DNA of 64,000 nucleotides from Schmidtea nova (GCA_044892505.1 CM097882.1:153202001-153266000), one strand, 5' to 3'; shown: positions 45,628 through 60,123, counted from the stretch's first letter. Numbers and translations are program-made. The notes: generated from the sequence alone by a model not told the origin.

Positions 45628-48600
45628 TCTTGTAAAGAAAGAAAAAGATTTCCAAATTTGACTGGTATAATTCTGAAGGTTCAATATTGGATAATTGGAT
45701 ATTCTTTGAAATCGTTTTTGTTTTTCTGTAGATCCTTATTATAAGTGATATTTTTTTGTTTTATTTATTTTATTTTATTATTCGTTCCTCATTTCTCAGT
45801 TTTTCGCTTTTCGGTTTTCTTCTCCTAGTTCCACAATGCTATCTTAATCACCCTATCGATTCCCCTTTCCCACGTTATTCCATTTATTTATAATATTATT
45901 TATTATTTAGGTATCCTCAAAACGTGTATGTACCCTAGCAACAGGTTCCTCGGGCACTATATATTGATGTGTGTAATTAAAGAGGAGAGACAAATAGTGA
46001 ACATCCTACATAGGCTTTACTTCCAATTTCCCATTGAGTAATATATTTTAAAAAATTATTCTAATTGTTATATTGGAATTTTATAAAAAAAATTGTTATT
46101 TTATTAATAAACGTTTTCGTATACATTCTAAACTGTTGACTAATAGCTACAAAAGTAGTCTGAATGAACAACGCAATCCCAAAATGTTTTTAATTATTTA
46201 TATTAATATTATTATTAATATATTTCATCTACATAACATGAATATTTTGTTCTCAAAATATTTAAAAATAATTCGCAATAATAAATAATACGTGGTATAA
46301 TATCTTTATTTTTAGTGATTTTGAAATTTTATATAATTTAAGACTTAAAATATTTTTTTAAAAGAATTCACGAATGTTTTGCATAGCCGTTTTCAACTGT
46401 ATGTACACAATNNNNNNNNNNNNNNNNNNNNNNNNNNNNNNNNNNNNNNNNNNNNNNNNNNNNNNNNNNNNNNNNNNNNNNNNNNNNNNNNNNNNNNNNN
46501 NNNNNNNNNNNNNNNNNNNNNNNNNNNNNNNNNNNNNNNNNNNNNNNNNNNNNAAAAATTGAAAATTTCTTGAAAAAAAAATAAAAAATATGAAAAGTTA
46601 AAATAAAAATAATAATTATAATTTAATATTAATCAAAATTTAATATTTCACCGATAACTGATAACACTCGGTGGTAGTTTTAACATTTTATTCTAAATCA
46701 CCAATTAAATTTATCAAAAATAATTTTTTTGTTTTAATTTTACTACTACTTTTGTCAAACATTAATTAACCTTATATTTGTTATTTTGTGAAAATCTGTA
46801 AAAATTTTGTTTTATTTAATATTTTTAGAATTTGTAAAATGTTTATACATATTTTTAATATATTTTTACAAACTACTCTTGAAACTTTTTTATTGCTTCT
46901 GTTATTAAATTTTACCTTTGAAATATTTAACGTATATTTATTTATTTATTGTATGATTCGTAATTTTAAAAAATCTGTGAAATTCATATTTGCATTTCAA
47001 TAAATCATTTGTAGATTTTCTAAAATATTTTTCGCTAATTCTTTAATTTTCATAATCATCTCATTACTACTGAAATAGCATAAGAATATTCTCTCAACTA
47101 TATTTCCTAATTAGTGAAATCTTTATATTTATCATATATATTTTTCATTTATTTTTACATATATATTATATGAACTAATTCTATGTAAGTCTAAAAATCA
47201 AATATTTGATTAATTATTTTTAAGTCTAAAATTTCCACGGTAAAATAGATCGCAATCATCAAATATAATAGACATAATAATTTAGATAAAATTACAAAAT
47301 ATAATTTTATTGCTTTGATTTGCTTTGTAAAATATTCATTGTAAATTAAATAAGAGAAAAACAGAATAATTTATTAATATTTTAAATTACAAAAAAAGGA
47401 ACCCATAAAAACAAGTTTATAATGTAACTCTTTCTTTTTCTCATGTTCTCGGTTAATTTTATTGTTGTTTCATTGTTTGGTAGTTTCTTGGCAACAGTAA
47501 ATTGAAAAATCACATTGTTTCAAAATTTTTCAAAGTTTTTCAATTTTTCAATGGAATAATTTGTGTGCCACCACAAGTCTGCTCGCAAATTTTCAGATCG
47601 ATTGGATATTGGGAAGTGGGTTAAAAATTGATCCAAAGTTTGACAAGAAAACAAACAGAAATTGGAAGTTAAAAGAAAGAGTTAAAAGATTTTTTAAAAT
47701 TTTTTTTAAAAAAAAACATTGCTTTTTTAACCATGCATTTTGAGACTTATTTGCACCAAACGTTTATGTTTTAATTTAAGGTAGTCAAAGTTTAAGCAGT
47801 TGAGAATTTTTTCTCTTTTGCTTCAAATGTAAAATATTAAATATAGACTGCTAGAATTTAGAAAATATATTTAGACTCGTCAACGCCATAGCCGAGTTGA
47901 ATGGGTAAATATTAGGTTAATTTAATATTGAATTTTACATTTTTATATATTTTTCACATATTTAGAGAATAACAAATGAAGCTTCTCTGGTAAATTTGTG
48001 AACAAATAAGTACATTTGACATTGGGACAAGATAACACTCTATATTTTCAATTATTTAGGACCGAGAATCTCGAATTCTTGGTTGAGTGCTTACCCCAGT
48101 TTCCGAATACTTGGAAATTTATAAGTTACTATTATTTCTTTTCTAAATTAAATAACAAAGTTTTATACGATAATTATTTTTGTTTTATTTCTTTCTTTTC
48201 AAAAAATAAACGTTTCATATATTTTTTCAGGCTTTTAAAATTATTGTTTTAAAATTTTTCTCTTCACCGTAAATCGTGTTTACTTTTAGTTTTGCTATTT
48301 GATTAAGCTTACTGATGTTGTTTTATAAGATTCTCATATTTTACCTTTGATCTTTATTCTAAACTCGTTAAACATTTCATATGTCATGTGCGAAACGCCA
48401 CATACTTTGGAGAAAACTGGAGTTCTTTTCTGTACTCGATTTTAGAGCATGGATTTTGTATTCAATCATACTGATGTTTGCAAAAATGAAAATATTTGTA
48501 AAATATTCTTAAAATATTTTTTTTTAAAAAGTGATATTTTTATAAAAAATTATTTAAATTGTAAAACAATTATATCGTTTTTATATTTTTAGATAATTTA

Positions 48601-49427
48601 AAAAAATAATTTTTTTACAATATTTTGGGATTTCTAGCATCCTTGGCATTTCATATCCATAAAATAAGAATTTGGTGTTGGAATTAATCGACTAAGTTTA
48701 CATTTCTCTAATTCGCTCTTTTTTGATAGATTTAAATTATAGATAATTAATAGAATCATAAAAAATAAAAGCTTTTTTTTATATTTAAATTTTTATAATA
48801 TTCAAAAGTTGTTATTATTTAAAGAAACTAATTAAATTTTATTTCCAGCATTTAATTTTAATTATTAAATTATTTGGTTAATTCTATTTGTTAATATCCA
48901 TACATTATTTTGTGAAAATTAATTTATTTAAATGAATTTATTTATTTCATTTATATTAAAATGTTTGACTGAAAAGCATTTGATGATAAGAATGATTTTC
49001 TTGAAATATTTTGTGCAGCTTATAATTTTGGATTGGCACTTGTTTTTAAGTATTTACTATTTGTACCAATTATTATTTTTAAAATATTTAAATCTGTAAA
49101 AACATTTTCTAATAAGATACCGTTAGATTGAAGTTTATTGTTTAAAAAATTAAAACATAACATATTGATACAAATTTTATATATCTTTTTAATTTTTATC
49201 AAGAAAGTGTTCTTACTTTTAAATATAGTTTTATTAGAAATCTTCTAATATACTTTTAATAAATCAAAAATTTGAAAAATGGTTACATTTAATAGAAAAA
49301 GTCATATAGATAATGTGAAAGAATTTTCAAATTTTCAATTTGAAAACAAATCCATTTGCTGGTGTGAAAATATACAGAACTTTGATCAATTTTGAGACTA
49401 ACACTAATTCATTTCGCTCGTTTAAAG

Positions 49428-49487
<60 letters not shown>

Positions 49488-49574
49488 TCTCATCAATTTA
49501 ATTTTTAATTTATTAATTATAAATAATAATAATAATAATATCATAATTATCTTTTTTCACCTTTGATCTTTTTT

Positions 49575-50052
49575 ATTATTATTATCAATAATTCTCATAA
49601 TGCTGACTATAGATCAAATTTTTTTAATAAACAATAACACAATATTTCGGCACAGCCTTTATCAAGTGTGTATTGATAAAGGCTGTACCGAATTATTGTG
49701 TTATTGTTTATAAAAAAAATTTCTGATCTATAGTCAGCATTATGAGAATTATTGATAATAATAATAATAATATTAATAATAATATGTATTATCATAATTA
49801 TATTTTTGTTTCACCTTTGATCTATTTTTATTATTAATATCAATAATTCCCATAATGGTAAGACTATAGATCAAAGTTTCTATAAATAAGTATACGATAT
49901 TTCGGCACAGCCTTTATCAAGTGTGTATACATTTGTGAAATACTCACAATGTGAATTACACACTTGATAAAGGCTGTGTCGAAATATCGAGTACTTATTT
50001 AAAGAAATTTTATCTATAGTCATCCATTATGAGAATTATTGATATTAATAAT
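49575..50052. repeat. Two adjacent palindromic hairpin repeats (family also at 26718-26842 and, partially, ~58720-58760)
   Basis: Arms TATCAATAATTCTCATAATG..ACTATAGATCAAA...GGCACAGCCTTTATCAAGTGTG fold back on themselves with little or no spacer. Confidence 0.8.
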
Positions 50053-50084
50053 AAAATGTATTGTTATAATTATTATTCCTATTA

Positions 50085-50141
<57 letters not shown>

Positions 50142-51385
50142 TTATTATTAGATAATTTTAATTTTTGAAAATTTAGTAATCCATAATTTAAATATATTTT
50201 AAAATTATAAAATTTCCTTCTAGATTATAAAGAATCCCAATGAAATAATACTACTGATCAATAAATTATGAAAAAATAGTAATTAATTATTAATGTTAAG
50301 TTCCAATATTTATTTCAGTGAAAATCTTTATGGTTCAAAATTTTTTTTAATTGTCGAATAGATTAAAAAAACCATTTATTTTAATTTCAAATTAATTCTG
50401 AAACGAATTTGGAATTTAAAGGCAAACCATGTCTCCAGAGATCATTTTTAAATATTTGTTTAAATTATGAATTATTGATTATTATTATTATTATTTTTTT
50501 TCGAGACACGAATAAATATAAATATTTAATAACTAAAATGAATTAAGTTACAGAAGCAGGCAATATTCATATCGCTAATTAATCCTTTTTTATTTTCAAT
50601 GAAATATGTTTATGAGAACTTTGTAAATGGAATATATTAATTAAGTTGTTATACTACTTAGTTTTAGGGAACAGAAAGTGATATTTTGAAAATATTTAAT
50701 TATTAATTAAAATAAAAATTATAAATTTAGAATAATAATATTTTATTATTATTATTTTTAAGATATTTTTCTCTTTGTGTTCTAATTTTTAATAAAGAAA
50801 AATTTTATCAATGTAAAATTGTTAACTAAATTAATAAATATATTTATTATTTCCTAATATCTTAAGAAATAGTTTTTATTATTATTATAATTCTAACAGC
50901 GATTATAAATATATAAATAATGGGTATTTGTTCATTATCAATACCCACAGTAAAAAAATCAAAAATTCGGTGAAAACATTTAATTCAACAATTACAACTA
51001 CTGCATCTGAGACTCAGTATCCTCTCTGGCAACAGGCTTGCGCCACATGATTATTAATTAATAATTATTAAAAATNNNNNNNNNNNNNNNNNNNNNNNNN
51101 NNNNNNNNNNNNNNNNNNNNNNNNNNNNNNNNNNNNNNNNNNNNNNNNNNNNNNNNNNNNNNNNNNNNNNNNNNNNNNNNNNNNNNNNNNNNNNNNNNNN
51201 NNNNNNNNNNNNNNNNNNNNNNNNNNNNNNNNNNNNNNNNNNNNNNNNNNAACAAGTACCAAATAATGTATATATGTATCTCGCTTCTTTATTAGTTTCA
51301 CCGCAATGCTAATTTATTTTCTTTTATATATAATAAGTATATATTTTACGTCTAATTACGAAAAATTTATTTATAAATTTATTAA

Positions 51386-51604
51386 CCCTTAACCAGGTAA
51401 TGGTAATATCCTTCCCACATAAAAAAAACATTTTACCGGGCAATGGTTGTTAATTTCCCACAAAATGTCAAAAGCGTTATAACCTAAATATATCATTTAT
51501 GGTTACGAACACTGAATTTGACAGTTGGTTAATGAAATGTCATTAGATTTTGACAAGCCGCCTTTTGTACCAAGTTTGCTATATATCTGTGGCCTGGTTA
51601 AGGG
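51386..51604. mobile_element. piggyBac-type MITE
   Basis: TTAA|CCCTTAACCAGG ... CCTGGTTAAGGG|TTAA. Confidence 0.85.
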
Positions 51605-52920
51605 TTAAGATAAATTTTTAAAAAATATTACTTTTAAAAAAAACTAATTCAAACTATATCAAAACAATTGTTTATTATTAATTTATTTTATATCAAATTT
51701 AATATTCATATTTCTAAAAATAAATATTTTTTTATAATTATGCACAAAAAATAACAAAAAATCACTTTCCGCAATCTATTCGAGTTAGACACTGGCTAAT
51801 ATAATTATTATATAAATTATGATTATATGAAATATAATTATTTAAAAAGATTCAAAGAAATTTAATTTATTTTATTGCTTTAATTCAAGATTTCAGACAT
51901 GCAACACTGAATATACAAGCCCAATATATATTTTTCACTTTCATTGGATTTCAGTGGTTTGCGTTTCCGGATATGCAAATTTTTCAGCGCAAAATTTAAC
52001 TCTATTTCACAGCTTTTCCTTACTCGTGAATTGAGAAACTAATTATACTTTTCTAAATTTTCACATTTTCCGTACGAATTAAATTTGCTAATTCAAATAA
52101 ATTACCATTTTTATTCACTTGATTTGTATTTCATTTGATAAATAAATAAATAAATATTTATTTATTTATTGGAAATTTTTCAAAGAAAATGAATAAACAA
52201 TTTAAACGTGATTTGACAATCTTAATAAATATATATGTGTGTGTGTGTTGTGGGGTTTGTTCGGCGGGCGGAAGTAAAATTATTACAAACTTGAAATTGT
52301 GATGATGTGTATAATTTGAGAGTTTATTTGGTTTTCAAGCAGGCAGTTTTAGTTGTCGAACAAGAAAAGTGCTTCAAATGAAAGAGAAAAGACAACCATG
52401 AATCGCGTGAAAGACTTGCGAGCTTTAACTCCAACTTGCAAATGTTGAAACCTAATAATAATGATAGGAGAACTGACAGAAAGTTATCTAATCCTTACGC
52501 TCTTTCTAAAAATAAGGAATGCATTATGTCACTAAAAGAAACATTCGGTAATCATAAAGGACTAATAAGAAAATGCTTAAATTTAACTTTTAACTCCATT
52601 GTCGATCGGTTCATGTGCGTCTAAATTACAATCAGGTTCCAACGCTAGGCATATAACATTTGAGCTGTCTTAAACGGTTTTCGATCAAATTTTCATTTGA
52701 AGGGTTTTTTTAGAAAAACCTTCAATTTTCAAATTACATTTGCTGGATCTTTGATGATTTTATTTATTGGAAAATATTAACCGGGTGCTTTATTTGACTA
52801 TTTTGTTTTGGTTTATCAATTTTGGTCAAATTAAAATATTAAATTACTTTTTGAAAAAATATTTTTTAACTGGACTTTTGAACATTTTGATTCGAAATTA
52901 AGTATTGACATGAATATTAT

Positions 52921-54130
52921 GGGAGCAGGACAATATCCCCCCGGACAATATCCCCCGGATAATATCTCCCTGGACAATATCCCCCCGGACAATATCCCCC
53001 TGGACAATATCCCCCTGGACAATGACATTTTAGTTTATTAACTAGTAATTATAAATTAATTAATTAATTAAATTATTGTTTTAAAAATTAATTATGTATA
53101 AATTGTTTATTAAATAGTAAATAGTAAAAAGTAATAAAATATATAATAATAACTACTGAACTTGTTGAGCTGTCTCTAAAATCCTAAATTGTGTGCAATG
53201 CCACGCAGATAGTCCAGGGTGGTTCTATTTCCATAATCGCGCACAAAAGAGAGAACTCGCGCTTTCAGATCTGAATAAATCTTTCTTCTTGGCTGAGGAG
53301 CATGACCGGCTAGAGCTTTTGTTAAAGCGCTTGTTCGCGCTTAATGACTTCGACAAATCTCCAGAAATTTGGATGATGACTGTCGACGTTTGACTGGAAG
53401 CTTCTGTGCCAACCTTCAACAGAATTGTTTGTTCTTGGGAGTTCATGTTTAGCTCGATTAAATATATTCCACACTTCACTACTAAAGATAGGTGCACGAC
53501 GCCCTCGACGTTGTGGTCTGCCGCGTCAACATGATGACATCTTGATATCTTAACCGAAATTTACAGTGCCGTTCTTTGTCCTCGGACATGATGAGCTGCT
53601 TAGGCGTGGTTATACCCAGACAACCACGCAGACCCGGTGCCTAGCTTATCACAAGTCAACATAGAAAAGAGAAATAGAGTCTGAACACGATGCGAACAAG
53701 AGTTCGCTATCAAAATCTCCCACACCATTCCCATTGTATCGTAACTGACTGTTCAGTAAGTTTATTCTAACGATAGTGTCATAATTAAAATCAATTTAAA
53801 TCGCGCCTCGTTACGCAATCGAGTGATATGAAACCACATGACACACAGGTTTCGTCTCTACCGTAACACTCCTCAAACCGAGTGGAAGCTGCGATCTATG
53901 TCCTATTGCTCGGATCTGTTGACAACTACTGTGTAATATTAAGTCTGAAATAATAGTTCTGACGTAGTTAGTACGAATGGTCTTTATGTGTTTAACCAAG
54001 TCAAAAGGGTGTATTTGCCCGGGGGGTATTTGTCCGGAGGTATTGTCCAGGGGGATATTGTCCAGAGGGATATTATCCAGGAGGGATATTGTCCGGGGGG
54101 ATATTGTCTGGGAGATATTGTCCTAGAATC
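52921..54130 (-). mobile_element. Mutator-like (MULE) deletion derivative with 9-bp TSD
   Basis: GAATATTAT at 52912-52920 and 54131-54139; inverted subterminal arrays of GGACAATATCCCCC. The minus-strand remnant VWNIFNRAKHELPRTNNSVEGWHRSFQSNVDSHHPNFWRFVEVIKREQ is the MULE C-terminal motif. Confidence 0.9.
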
Positions 54131-54169
54131 GAATATTATAAAAAGTACCTGCAAAATCACCAATATATA

Positions 54170-57100
54170 TATGAGATTGTAAGCGCCGTCATTGTTATAG
54201 ACGGTGCCCTTGCGGTCACCGGGGACCCCCCCTTTCATCGGTGAATGCTAATATGTATTTTTATTATTATTATTATTAATATTATTATTATTTAAATTCA
54301 AATTCAAATTTGGCTTGCTATAGCAAAAGCTATAGTAAGCCAAATTGAAAAAAATTTTAAAAAAATCAATCAACAAATACATTAAAAAAAGCCTATTTTG
54401 AAATTCTCAATAATTCTCACAATAATTCCACAATAATTTCACAAATTCTCAATATTCCAAGAGCATTTTAAATTAGAAATTAGTTCTCGAATCTTTGGAA
54501 CATATCTACGACTGTTACCCAGATTTTAGAAACTTAAAATTGAAAAACCTAAAAAAATAAAGAATCCCCAAACTCTATTTTCCAACTCTATTCCTCAAAT
54601 CAAAAAATAATTTAGTTGAACTATCAAGAAAAAATACTCCAAACCTGAAAACGAACAGAAACGTATTCAAATCCACCTGATCCCTCCGAAACTCTATAAT
54701 CCCTCTAAAGTAACTTTAGTAAAATTGCGTATCTGACATTGGTGATAATAGTTGTGTTTAGCGTTAATAATTAATTTATTTCATTATTGGTTATCTTATT
54801 TTATTGCATACACTCTAGCACTACAAAGCATACACCCCGAGTGTCGGTACACTGTTAACGCCAGACTCTCTCGGGCACTTACATTCTTCTAGAGCCACAA
54901 AACAGAATATAACCTTAAACACACATACGTAACATAAATAGGAAAAAGAACGTACATAATAAACTGGTTTCAGAAGTCAACACAACACACACACACTCGC
55001 CGTTTTTTTTCAAGCGTTAACGCCTTCAGCATACCTATTATAGAGGTATAAGGATTAACGTCACTTTTAGCCGAACACAGTAGGCTATATCCTTTAGTCA
55101 AGCTCATTTTTTTTCACATAAAAAACAACATAACAAACAACAACAATAAAACTAAATGGCATCGAACCAAGCTAACCCAAAAATTTCACAAACACCGACT
55201 GATAACGAAAACACACAATCCAACACCAAAACAACAACTACTATTACAACCCCGAAAACCATAAATTTAGTAATTAACCCAAAACCCAACTTACCAAACT
55301 ACTTCACAGATGAAAATGGCACCCCACAAAAATGGCTAGAATTTGCCAAATTAACATTAACCCTTTCAGGCATAAAATCCACAAAAACCCTATGCTCCAA
55401 TATTATAGCCGCACTCCCCAGTAACAAACTAAATGAAATAGCGGATCAGATCGAAGAAATTTCTAAGGATGATGACCCCTTTAACAAACTGTGTAACATC
55501 CTTACGAACAAAAATAAAATAAACAGGAGACAAATGCTAGAGTCATGTCTCAATAACACGCAACTAGGCGACAACAAACCAACAGATTTTCTCCGACAAC
55601 TTAAGCAAAAATTAGAATACCTCCAACCCAACATCACAAATTCAGGCTCCAACGAATTGGTGAAAGAATTCTTCATGCGAGCAATGCCACCAGAAATCAG
55701 GAGGATTTTGGCAGCCAGCAACAACGCTGATGTGGAAACGCTTGCCGACATAGCGGATAAAATCAACGAGGAAATTTATCCGACTATATGCTGCACCCAA
55801 AATCACAACAAAAACAAACCGCATTACAATAATCCCGCATACAAAAAAAACAACGAAACAAACGACAACATGAACAAACTATTAAACACCCTAATCGGCA
55901 AATTCGACGAAATCATAGTCGAAAACAGACAAATTAAAACAGAACTAGCCGAAATAAAAGAACGTTGTAATAAACAGACCTTCAACTCAACACAATCATA
56001 CGACAATTACAACAGATATAACTACAACAGAGACCTACCATCAGACGGTCAAAACAGACAATGCTACAATAAACCTCCAGAATACAACAGACAAAACTAC
56101 AGCCGCAGTCAATCACCTAACAACAACTACAGAAACCGGTCAAACTCCCCAAATCGAGACAACAACTACCGAAACAGAAGTCCAGAAAGAGACCCAAGAA
56201 ACAATTACCTAAACAAAAACCTTTGCTATTTCCACAACAAATTTGGTGAAAAAGCATTTAAATGCACACAACCCTGCGAATTCAATAAAACAGAGCAGGG
56301 AAACCAATAAGGTCACCAATGATAGCACCCACATCAGGTGACAAAAATAACACATTTTGGGTGCACAGCAACAACATAGATTTTTTAATAGACACTTGCT
56401 TGGTGATCTCACTACTGCCCCATTCTATGTACAAAAGTGCCAACAAAACAGAAAAACCATTAACAGCAGCTAACGGCACAAACATCAAAACCTTCGGGCA
56501 ACAAAAAATAAATTTAAACATTAACAAAAAGAACTACAACTGGACATTCACAATAGCTGAGGTCCAACAAGCGATAATAGGAGCAGACTTCCTAACAAAT
56601 TACAACCTCTTAGTTGATTGTAAAAACAAACAAATATTAGAAAATAATACTAATACTACAGCACCACAGCACAACACGAACAATGGAGGAAAACCGAAAA
56701 TAGACATTGGTGTTATCCAAATGGATTCAATGAACTACAAATCAGAAATAAATACAGAAATAAATACATTACTGGGAAAAGCCGACAAACTTATCGCACC
56801 AGTAACTTTCGACAAGAAAACAAACGAAATAAATAACGAAGAAACAAATAAACAAATAACACCCAAAAACAGTGAGAACATCGAAAACAAATTAAAAGGA
56901 ATACTGAAAAAGAGACCAAACTCAGAGAATGATGGCACGACCGTACTAACAACCGATTACCTACTAATAAAGAAGCCATACTCAAAAGATCCCGAAGACG
57001 AATACGAATACGAAGGCCCATTCAAAATACTCGAAATCAACAAAAACGTGGCCACAATAATAAAAAACAACAATACAACAAGAATAAATTTACGTAAAAC

Positions 57101-57224
57101 AAAACCGTACCACAACAAGCAAAACATCTCAAACAACCCCACAAAACAAAAAGCCCCGACACAAACAAAAACTCAAACAAAACACAAACACATCACATTC
57201 AACTACAAAAACTCAATAAAACTG

Positions 57225-57230
<6 letters not shown>
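54170..57230 (+). mobile_element. Second CsRn1-like gypsy element: partial 5' LTR, PBS, gag, internally deleted pol, no 3' LTR
   Basis: The LTR is homologous to element 1 (TGAGATTGTAAGCGCCGTCATTGTTATAGACGGTGCC, hairpin, CACCCCGAGTGTCGG). PBS TGGTTTCAGAAGT is at 54965-54977. Both ends abut TA runs. Confidence 0.88.
55156..56310 (+). CDS. gag: Gag with CHCC knuckle and RS/N-rich linker; GGGAAAC slippery site before the stop
   Basis: Clearly homologous to gag at 31510-32511; CYFHNKFGEKAFKCTQPC. CAG GGA AAC CAA TAA is followed by pol in the -1 frame. Confidence 0.92.
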   Translation: MASNQANPKISQTPTDNENTQSNTKTTTTITTPKTINLVINPKPNLPNYFTDENGTPQKWLEFAKLTLTLSGIKSTKTLCSNIIAALPSNKLNEIADQIEEISKDDDPFNKLCNILTNKNKINRRQMLESCLNNTQLGDNKPTDFLRQLKQKLEYLQPNITNSGSNELVKEFFMRAMPPEIRRILAASNNADVETLADIADKINEEIYPTICCTQNHNKNKPHYNNPAYKKNNETNDNMNKLLNTLIGKFDEIIVENRQIKTELAEIKERCNKQTFNSTQSYDNYNRYNYNRDLPSDGQNRQCYNKPPEYNRQNYSRSQSPNNNYRNRSNSPNRDNNYRNRSPERDPRNNYLNKNLCYFHNKFGEKAFKCTQPCEFNKTEQGNQ

Positions 57231-57306
<76 letters not shown>

Positions 57307-57332
57307 GTCTGAAGAGCTCTGAAGAGGGCTAA
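56319..57332 (+). pseudogene. pol: Truncated pol: protease fused in frame to the integrase C-terminal tail; RT, RNase H and IN core absent
   Basis: FLIDTC (DSG motif altered)...IIGADFLTNYNLLVDCKNK, then YLLIKKPY...YEGPFKILE...RINLRKTKPYH. The track ORF is extended by read-through into (TA)n. Confidence 0.85.
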
Positions 57333-57387
57333 AAGTCTTCTATTGGGTTTTGTACTGGGTATTACAAACCTTTTAGTAGTGTTTTAA

Positions 57388-57777
57388 CCCTTTCAATACG
57401 ATTTTTTTATTTTAATAATTCATGTAGTATTTATAGCACAAAATATTTATTGCTAATTTAGTTTGACGGGAAAAACAATTATTTAAATAAATGATCATAT
57501 TATTTATTGATTATTGCAAAATTATAATTGGGACATATTGTCCCAATAGTATTGGTTAGTGGGTCGTGTGTGTCCTAACAGTGTTTTATGATAGTAAAAT
57601 AGTGGAGCATATAAAATATATGTTGCACTAAAAAGAAAAAAAGAAAAGAAAAACATCATTGTAATTCAACATTTCTTTTGTTATTGCATATATCGCAATG
57701 CATTTGTAAGCATTTAAATTATTTTAGTAATTATTAGAAATTCTCTGGGACAATATGTCCTTACAGTATTGAAAGGA
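57388..57777. mobile_element. piggyBac-type MITE
   Basis: TTAA|CCCTTTCAATAC ... GTATTGAAAGGA|TTAA, with internal TGGGACATATTGTCCCA and TGGGACAATATGTCC repeats. Confidence 0.75.
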
Positions 57778-60123
57778 TTAAAAAGTAACTGTCATTTGAC
57801 AAATACTTTAAAGTGGTTGAAATAAAATGCTAAGGACAAACGTTCAAAAACAGTTTATGTTTTAAGCCTAATTTATACGTATAAACTTCCAATATCCAAA
57901 GAATATAATATTCATTGTACTGGAAAAGGATCCAATAAAATTATTCAAGATTTGTTTCATACTTATCTGAAATTAAGAAAAATCTTATTGTTTTCTTTAT
58001 TGCACTGATGAAAATCAAGAGCTCAAAACTTCGTTCTTTATCGTTCATTTTTCAAACAATAGAATTGTTGGATGTTACGAGAACATCTTCTAAGTTGTTT
58101 GAAAAGAAACATTTTCATTAACTGAATTCATATTACAAAATTTATTAATACCACAATAATGTTTAATATTTAAACAAACTTTTCGGCATTGAATCAAACA
58201 ATCTCAAAGCAATTTGTCAGAAGAATTCAATATCAAAATTCCAAATCGAATTAATTTTTTTTTAATTATATTTTAAAATTTAAAAACTTATTTTTAATTA
58301 CCACCATTTAACTAACTTTGTCCAAAGGATTTAATATTTCAAATTTAAAAATAATAATTATTCTTTTAATTTCTTTATAATAAAAACTTATTTTTAATTT
58401 TAATTTTAATTTTAATTTTAAACTCTTTAAATTATTCCGACAAATTATCCGAAATATTTAACTCTGCCGAAAACACCTCACACGAATATTATTTTTTGAA
58501 TTAGAAAAAAACTTTGATCTTTTGTGTGAAAATAAAAATTAATGAAAATAAATTATGTAATTACATTAATAATCTAACAACAGCCGGAAAAATTTTCAAA
58601 AATAAATTGAAAAGTCAAAATAAATTTAATTCAATTTGCGTAGTAGTCAGTCGAGTATTTTTGAGTAATTTTTTCTTTTATTTAATAAATCCTTATTTTA
58701 TCATCATTATTTTTTGGCTTCACTTTTGATCTTTTTTTAATTCAATAATTTTCATAATAATTTTTCTTAGATAATAACAAATATAGTGTAACTAATAAAA
58801 AAATTGATTTATAGTCTTAAAAAATTTATACAAAAATATACCTTTTTTCAAAAATTATAAAAGAGTGAGATATGTAAAAATAAAAAATAAATTTCGTCGC
58901 TTTGAAAATTGTTTTCTTCCTTAATTTTAATTATTTTATAAAATATTTTCCTTTTTGGAAAATAATTTAATTAAGACAAAAACAGGGGCTTACACGAGAT
59001 TAAACTGATATTGATATATTCATATTTATATATTAATAACTTTTAATGCACTGTCTGCGTTTTTTAATTAACATATTAAAATATATAAAATTAAATTTAG
59101 AAATAACATTTTGACTTTTCATTTTTTGAGGAAATAAAAATTTTATTTTAATTTACTTAATTTAATTCTTTCAAAAAATGATTGGTCAACTCGCTATTGG
59201 ATTCAGTCATACTGCTATCAATTTTCTTTCTGTAATTAATAGAAAAAAGGATTTATTTTGAATTTTTATGAAGTGTTTAAAAATTAATTTTTCTTCAAAA
59301 ATTACAAAAGACTAATGCAGTCTTCAAAGGTCTTCAAGTCATCAGAAAACTTTAATTTACTTATACAGTACCGTGTCTAAAACATGAAAACTTATGGCAT
59401 AAATTACATATCTTTGGACTAGAAAGAAAAAGGTTTTCTTTCTGGAGCTAACTTTCTTTTGAACAAAACTAGGACTGACAGACTTATATTTAATGGTTAT
59501 CTTTGGTTTCACTTTGGTTTATTGAATTTCTCCCATAACTTTATTAAAATTAAATAATTGTTATTAATAATTTTTTGTTGTTTACCCGTTAAATTTTCAT
59601 TTAATTTTTTTAATTTAAAATTTAAATAAATAATAATTAAAAACTTTCATTTTTTTGATTAACTTCAATACTTTTTTTTCAACATCAAGAACTCTTATTA
59701 ATTATTTTCCTAAGACTTCAATAGTACTGACAGGAAAATATATTTGAAATAAAATCGGATTACAGGTAAAACGGCAAAAAAGTAAAAAATCAGATTACAT
59801 ATAGGGAGAAATTAATTTGTGGGATAGGAATAATTTAATCAGATTTTACATGTTTTGTGGATTTACATATTTCTCTTCAAGTGATGTATTTATAAAAAAA
59901 AATTCCAAATAATTTTCAGAATTTTATTTGTTTTAATTTTATGCGTTTGGATATTTTGAAAAAGGTATTAGAAGGATATATAATTAATTAAATTTTTTAT
60001 TCGAATCAAAAATAATTCTAAATTTTACTTCTAAAATCTAGTTTTCACTTAAATAATTATAATAAATTTTAATGGTTGCCGATATATAAATAATGGCATA
60101 GCAAAAAAGATCAAGTGAAAGTA

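Larger units (their letters stand above)
17966..51250. other. Seven assembly gaps (N runs at ~17966, 18711, 21337, 38921, 39335, 46412, 51076) and many (TA)n microsatellites
   Basis: Seen directly in the sequence. All X-rich and (IY)n ORFs in the track derive from these. Confidence 0.99.

Noticed and set aside
17921-51301. ORFs containing X runs or (IY)n tracts
   Set aside because: Artefacts of N gaps and TA microsatellites.
52921-54125. GGACAATATCCCCC arrays encoding Gly/Pro-rich ORFs
   Set aside because: These are subterminal repeats of the MULE element; the ORFs are incidental.
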